Shown: positions 60,054-64,000 of the stretch, one piece after another
Layout: each line of letters starts with the position of its first letter
Position numbering within the stretch: position 1 is the stretch's first letter
From: Cyanophora paradoxa CCMP329
Lineage: Eukaryota; Plantae; Glaucophyta
Assembly: GCA_004431415.1 (NCBI GenBank)
Contig: QPMI01000010.1
Coordinates: 434,001-498,000, forward strand
DNA length: 64,000 nt
Direction: 5' to 3'
Notes under the pieces: model-generated
Databases searched by the model: none
Told to the model about the DNA's origin: nothing
What the model saw: only the letters and a program-made list of their open reading frames with translations
Position numbers and translations under genes: made by a program

Positions 60054-62527
60054 CGATCGGTATGCTGGATCTCGAAGAGAAAGTGTATGGGACTAGTACT
60101 AGTACGTATACTGCCAGCGCGGCGCGGCCCCGCCGGCAGCTACAGCTATATATATATATAGCTACTACGCAGCTAGCAGCCCTAGCCTAGTAGCTGTGCT
60201 AGCGCTACTGCCGCAGCAGTACCGCGGACCGGTAGCCTGCGGCGGTATCAGTGATACTGGCCCAGTGCAGTGGTATCCGGGATAATCCGGCTGCAGCCTG
60301 CCAGGCTGGCAGCTAGCTGTCTGCAAGCTTATAGCTTACTAGGTTTAAGACTGCATGCGCATGCGCATGCGCATGCGCAGCTGGAGAGCGCGCGAGCGTG
60401 ACGTCCGACGGTCATGACTTGGCCCGCGGCCATGGCCCATATGCATGGTGCGACACTCGGCAACGTTAACGTTAACACTGCGAGTCTGCGACTCCGGCCG
60501 CCGCGCGCGGCGCCGGCGCCCGAATCCGTACGGGTACGGTAGTACTACCGTAGTAGATCTAGAAGAAGTTGTTTGAGAAGTTCAACGGTTATTTTTAAGG
60601 GCTAGGCCATGCGCCGCCGACTCGGCGCCGAGCCTAGCACAGCACGCCGGTCCCATAGGGGCCGCGCCGGCGGCTGCATATTATACAGCAAATATATGCA
60701 GTTAACCGTATATACCCAAATATATAATTCTTTTACTCAAGACTTGCGTGACCTCACGCTCTTGGTGATTGGCCAGGCGCACGTGTGCCTCACGTGTGCC
60801 GCCCAGCAGCACTACCCCCCGCCTACGTTCGCCCAAACTTTCCGCCCGGCTAGCTCGCTCCGCTCGCTCCAGCGCTCGGCCTGCGCGCGCTCCGCGTGCT
60901 CGGGAAGCATGTGCGACGCTCTCGCTTGCTTGCCGCCGCCCGCCGCAGACAAACGCTCCTCGAAGGCGATCCTGCGGCGCGCGTCTTCCGTCAACGCTCT
61001 CCCCGTGCTTTAGATGTGTGTACCAAGCTCTAGACGGGCCGGGGCGCCAGGCCTGCCGCTGGATCGGTCCCGGTTGTTCGAATCGCGGTTTCCGCCCATC
61101 CGGCGCGGTTTCGCCGCCCCGACGCCGCTCGTCTTGTTGGGTGCGTTTCCCCGCCCTTGTGCATGCATTAGAACGCTGTTGCATGCCCAGGAAGAGTGCC
61201 GCCATCGCGAAAGACAGGTCGAGGTGCCTTGGACACGGGCCACGCGGGCGAGCGCTACATCGAAGGGGGGGCCGGGAGAGCGGTGCCAGAAGCTAGAAAA
61301 CATGCCTACGAACGCCTCGGAATGGCTCTGCGTGTGATCCCCGCCCAGGGCCGCCGCCGAGGTGAAGAACCGCACCTGAGTGGTGGCGGTGGTCCATCAG
61401 GCGGCGGCGAAATGGTCGCAGAAGAGAACGGAAAGGAAGTATAGCACCTGTACATCATGAAACGACGATGCGCAGCCGGCGAGCCAGCCCCCCGTCGTCA
61501 GGCGGTCGAGGACTCCGTGGTGCTGCGCACGCGGCGGGAGTGTGTGTCAGAACCACACGAACGATTCTCCTGCCGCGCACGCACGAGCTTCAATAGCTTG
61601 AAACGCATCAGATAGACCTCCTGTGGCATGCCCTGCACCCACACTTAGTGTGACTCCACCATGGCGGGAGTCAACTTATGGCGGGTTGCGAGGGCGCTCA
61701 AAAGCCGCACCTATCTGTTCATTAGAACCTTCTGAGCGTGCGCGGCATGTCCGGAGGCGCCACCTGCTGAATGCGCATCACAGCCTCTGCAGGAGCTGCG
61801 TAGTGCAAATCGCGCGGGTCAGCCCTGGGTGCTGGGGCATGGCGAATGTAAGCATTAAGCATGTATAGGAACCTGTAATGGAGCTACCATCGCTCGGCGA
61901 AATCGCTCGTGTGGATAACGGGATGGCCAGGCGCTGGCCTTTTCGCTCCTTTCGCTCCGTCAAGGCATCTTTCTGGATGCGCTGAGAGCTACGCCGATGC
62001 GCTTCGCGGCTCTCGCTGCTCAGGCTGCTCGCTGCCACGCACGAGGTCGCGGGTACGGTACGCTTCGTGCGCAGTGCCAAGCTCGAACGAAGGCTCGCCG
62101 TACCCACAAAGTTGAGTTGGAATTTGCGTACTACGGCGAGTCGAGTCAAAGAGTCCGAGTCTAAAACTCGAGCGATTTGCTGATTGGTCAAAAACGACTC
62201 GGAATTACTCAATCCACCGGCGCAGGTCCTGTTGGACCGGCGTGCTGTGGCTAGCTATAGCTAGGCTGCTAGGGCCGCTATAGCTAGGCCTGCGCCGCTG
62301 CGCGGCCTGCAGGCTGCATGCGCAGGCCCGCAGGGCCGCAGTGCCGGCGGCGCCGCGGCAGGCTGGCAGAGGCTGCGGCCCTGCGCGGCTGCGCGCGCGG
62401 CCTGCGCCTGCAGCCCGGCGGCCTGCAGGCTGCAGCCTGGCGCCGGCAGGTTGCAGCCTGCAGCTGCAAATAAACTTAGCCTGCCGCAGTGCAAGCTCAA
62501 CTTAGCTGCTGCTCAAGGCTGAAGCTA

Positions 62528-62788
62528 CTAGTACTACTGTAGGAATGCTTTTTTAGCCGATGTTTTAAATTGCCGTATATTGCCGAGAGGCCGAATTCGG
62601 CAGTTTTAAGCCACGGCAATTCTAAGGGGTAGCTATAGGGCTAATCGGCAACTTTTGTATGGCGCGGCATTGGCGCCATATAGAGCGGAAATCTGGATTC
62701 GGCAATTTATCGCCACGGCAATTCCGGTTTTGGTCGAATTCGGCAATTTAACTACGCGGCAATTTAAGCAATCCTACAGTAGTACTAG
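62528..62788. mobile_element. MITE-like element (~260 bp) with 23-bp terminal inverted repeats and many internal CGGCAATT-like motifs
   Basis: CTAGTACTACTGTAGGAATGCTT (62528-62550) vs AAGCAATCCTACAGTAGTACTAG (62766-62788), 1 mismatch; non-coding interior. Confidence 0.6.
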
Positions 62789-62951
62789 GCTAGGCACTGC
62801 GGAATCCGGATCCCGCCGGAGCCGGAATTCGGAATCCGGATTCCGGATCCGCAATGACCTAACGGGCCAGTAGTAACGGCTTGCGAAACAAAAACGAAGC
62901 GACACAGGGGGCGAGAAAGAAAAAAAAGCGGAATCCAGTTGGCGAAAAGAA

Positions 62952-63024
62952 CGATCCCGGCGGGACTTGAACCCGCAATCTCTAGCTCCGGAGGCTAGCG
63001 CCTTATCCATTTGGCCACAGGACC
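62952..63024 (-). tRNA. trnR-CCG: tRNA-Arg (CCG)
   Basis: GGTCCTGTGGCCAAATGGATAAGGCGCTAGCCTCCGGAGCTAGAGATTGCGGGTTCAAGTCCCGCCGGGATCG; anticodon arm CTAGC-CT CCG GA-GCTAG; downstream T-runs. Confidence 0.93.
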
Positions 63025-64000
63025 GATGAAAGGGCTCGTCGACCTGGTCTGCTGGATGGTTCAATGTGCGCTGAGGGTCGGGGGGTTCTTGTGTGCCGGG
63101 GGTACTTCGGGCTGGTCAGCGAAGGCGCTCACACCACATCACATCGATATCACCGATCCGGCGGCGCGCAGCGACGGGGCATTGCGCGGCCAGCATCTAG
63201 CAGCGGCCCCTCTAGATCTAGATCTAGAATTAGATCTCGCCCCGCGGGCGCTCGCTCGCGGTAAGCTAGCTGATCGAAGCTTAAGCTGCGTGTCAGCCAC
63301 GGCCTCGCATCGACTAGACGCTGCCGCCGATGCCGATATCGATGCCCTGGGGTGCTTTGGCCGGCTGCCGCGCGCCCTCGCGCGCCCCGGGCTGACGCGG
63401 CGAGGGCGCGCACTGCCGCAGTGCGCGTTCAGGTACGGCAACAGCGGCGCCGACACTACAGGCGGGCGGGCGCCAGCGTGCGGCGTGGGGCAAAGCGCTG
63501 TGCGTGCTCGAGGACGGTCCACGTGTACATGCACAGGCGCTCGTTCCCTTCCGCTCCACCGCTCTGCGCCTCCGCACGGGGCGGCGCCTCCAGCCTCGTC
63601 AGCCTCCTATAGCTAGCGCTGCGGCCGCGTCCCCCAAGCCCGGGTCCGGCCTCGCCGGTGCCCCGCGCGGCCGAGCTGCGCATGCGGGCGCGGCCTGCGC
63701 CGGCGAGCTGCACCCGCACCAGCCGCCGGCCCGCAGCTCCGTCGAAGGGAGGGGCCGGGCGGCCGGCGGCGCCGGCGGCGCCAGTGGCGCCGGCCTCGCG
63801 GCGGGCGGTCGGCCGCGCCCCGCGCCCCATGCATATGCCGAGCGCGAGCTCCAGCGCATCGAGAAGGTCCGCCCGCGGCCCGCCGGCTCCTTCCCACGTC
63901 CCGCCGCTCACGCCGCTCACGCATGGGCGCAGGAGGCGCTCTGGGCCTACTCCAAGGACCTGAAGGAGGGCGTGGAAACCGGGGCGCCCGACGCCGCGCG

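Noticed and set aside
60100-62520. Possible genes or transposon relic right of the surface-protein gene
   Set aside because: Short palindromic and low-complexity tracts and ORFs with no motif I can recognise; not supportable without a search.
63300-64000. Start of another plus-strand host gene (exon ...EALWAYSKDLKEGVETG...)
   Set aside because: Probably real, but too little lies in the window to define its start or product.

Overview
GC-rich, intron-dense eukaryotic DNA (probably a unicellular alga or protist; the species cannot be determined from the sequence) interrupted by a complete, AT-richer 27,298-bp endogenous Polinton-like DNA virus at 31376-58673. The element is bounded by a perfect 6-bp target-site duplication (GAAATT) and by 75-bp terminal inverted repeats, each of which is itself a hairpin. 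It sits inside a 98-bp intron of a host cell-surface-protein gene whose flanking exons still join in frame. It encodes an rve integrase, a protein-primed PolB with apparently decayed proofreading motifs, an HNH-AP2 endonuclease, a PolA-like primase (TVpol)-SF3 helicase, a packaging ATPase, a double-jelly-roll major capsid protein, two head-to-head pentons, a patatin-discoidin lipase, a giant fibre-like protein, two paralogous fibre-associated proteins and an S-adenosylmethionine decarboxylase-family enzyme. No maturation protease is recognisable. One viral gene is broken by an inverted copy of the element's own right host junction. Host genes include a sensor histidine kinase, two inverted tRNA-Asp copies, an IFI44-like P-loop protein, an erythromycin esterase homolog, a full-size ABCG/PDR transporter and tRNA-Arg. 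All calls come from reading motifs by eye; no database searches were run, and host exon boundaries are approximate.
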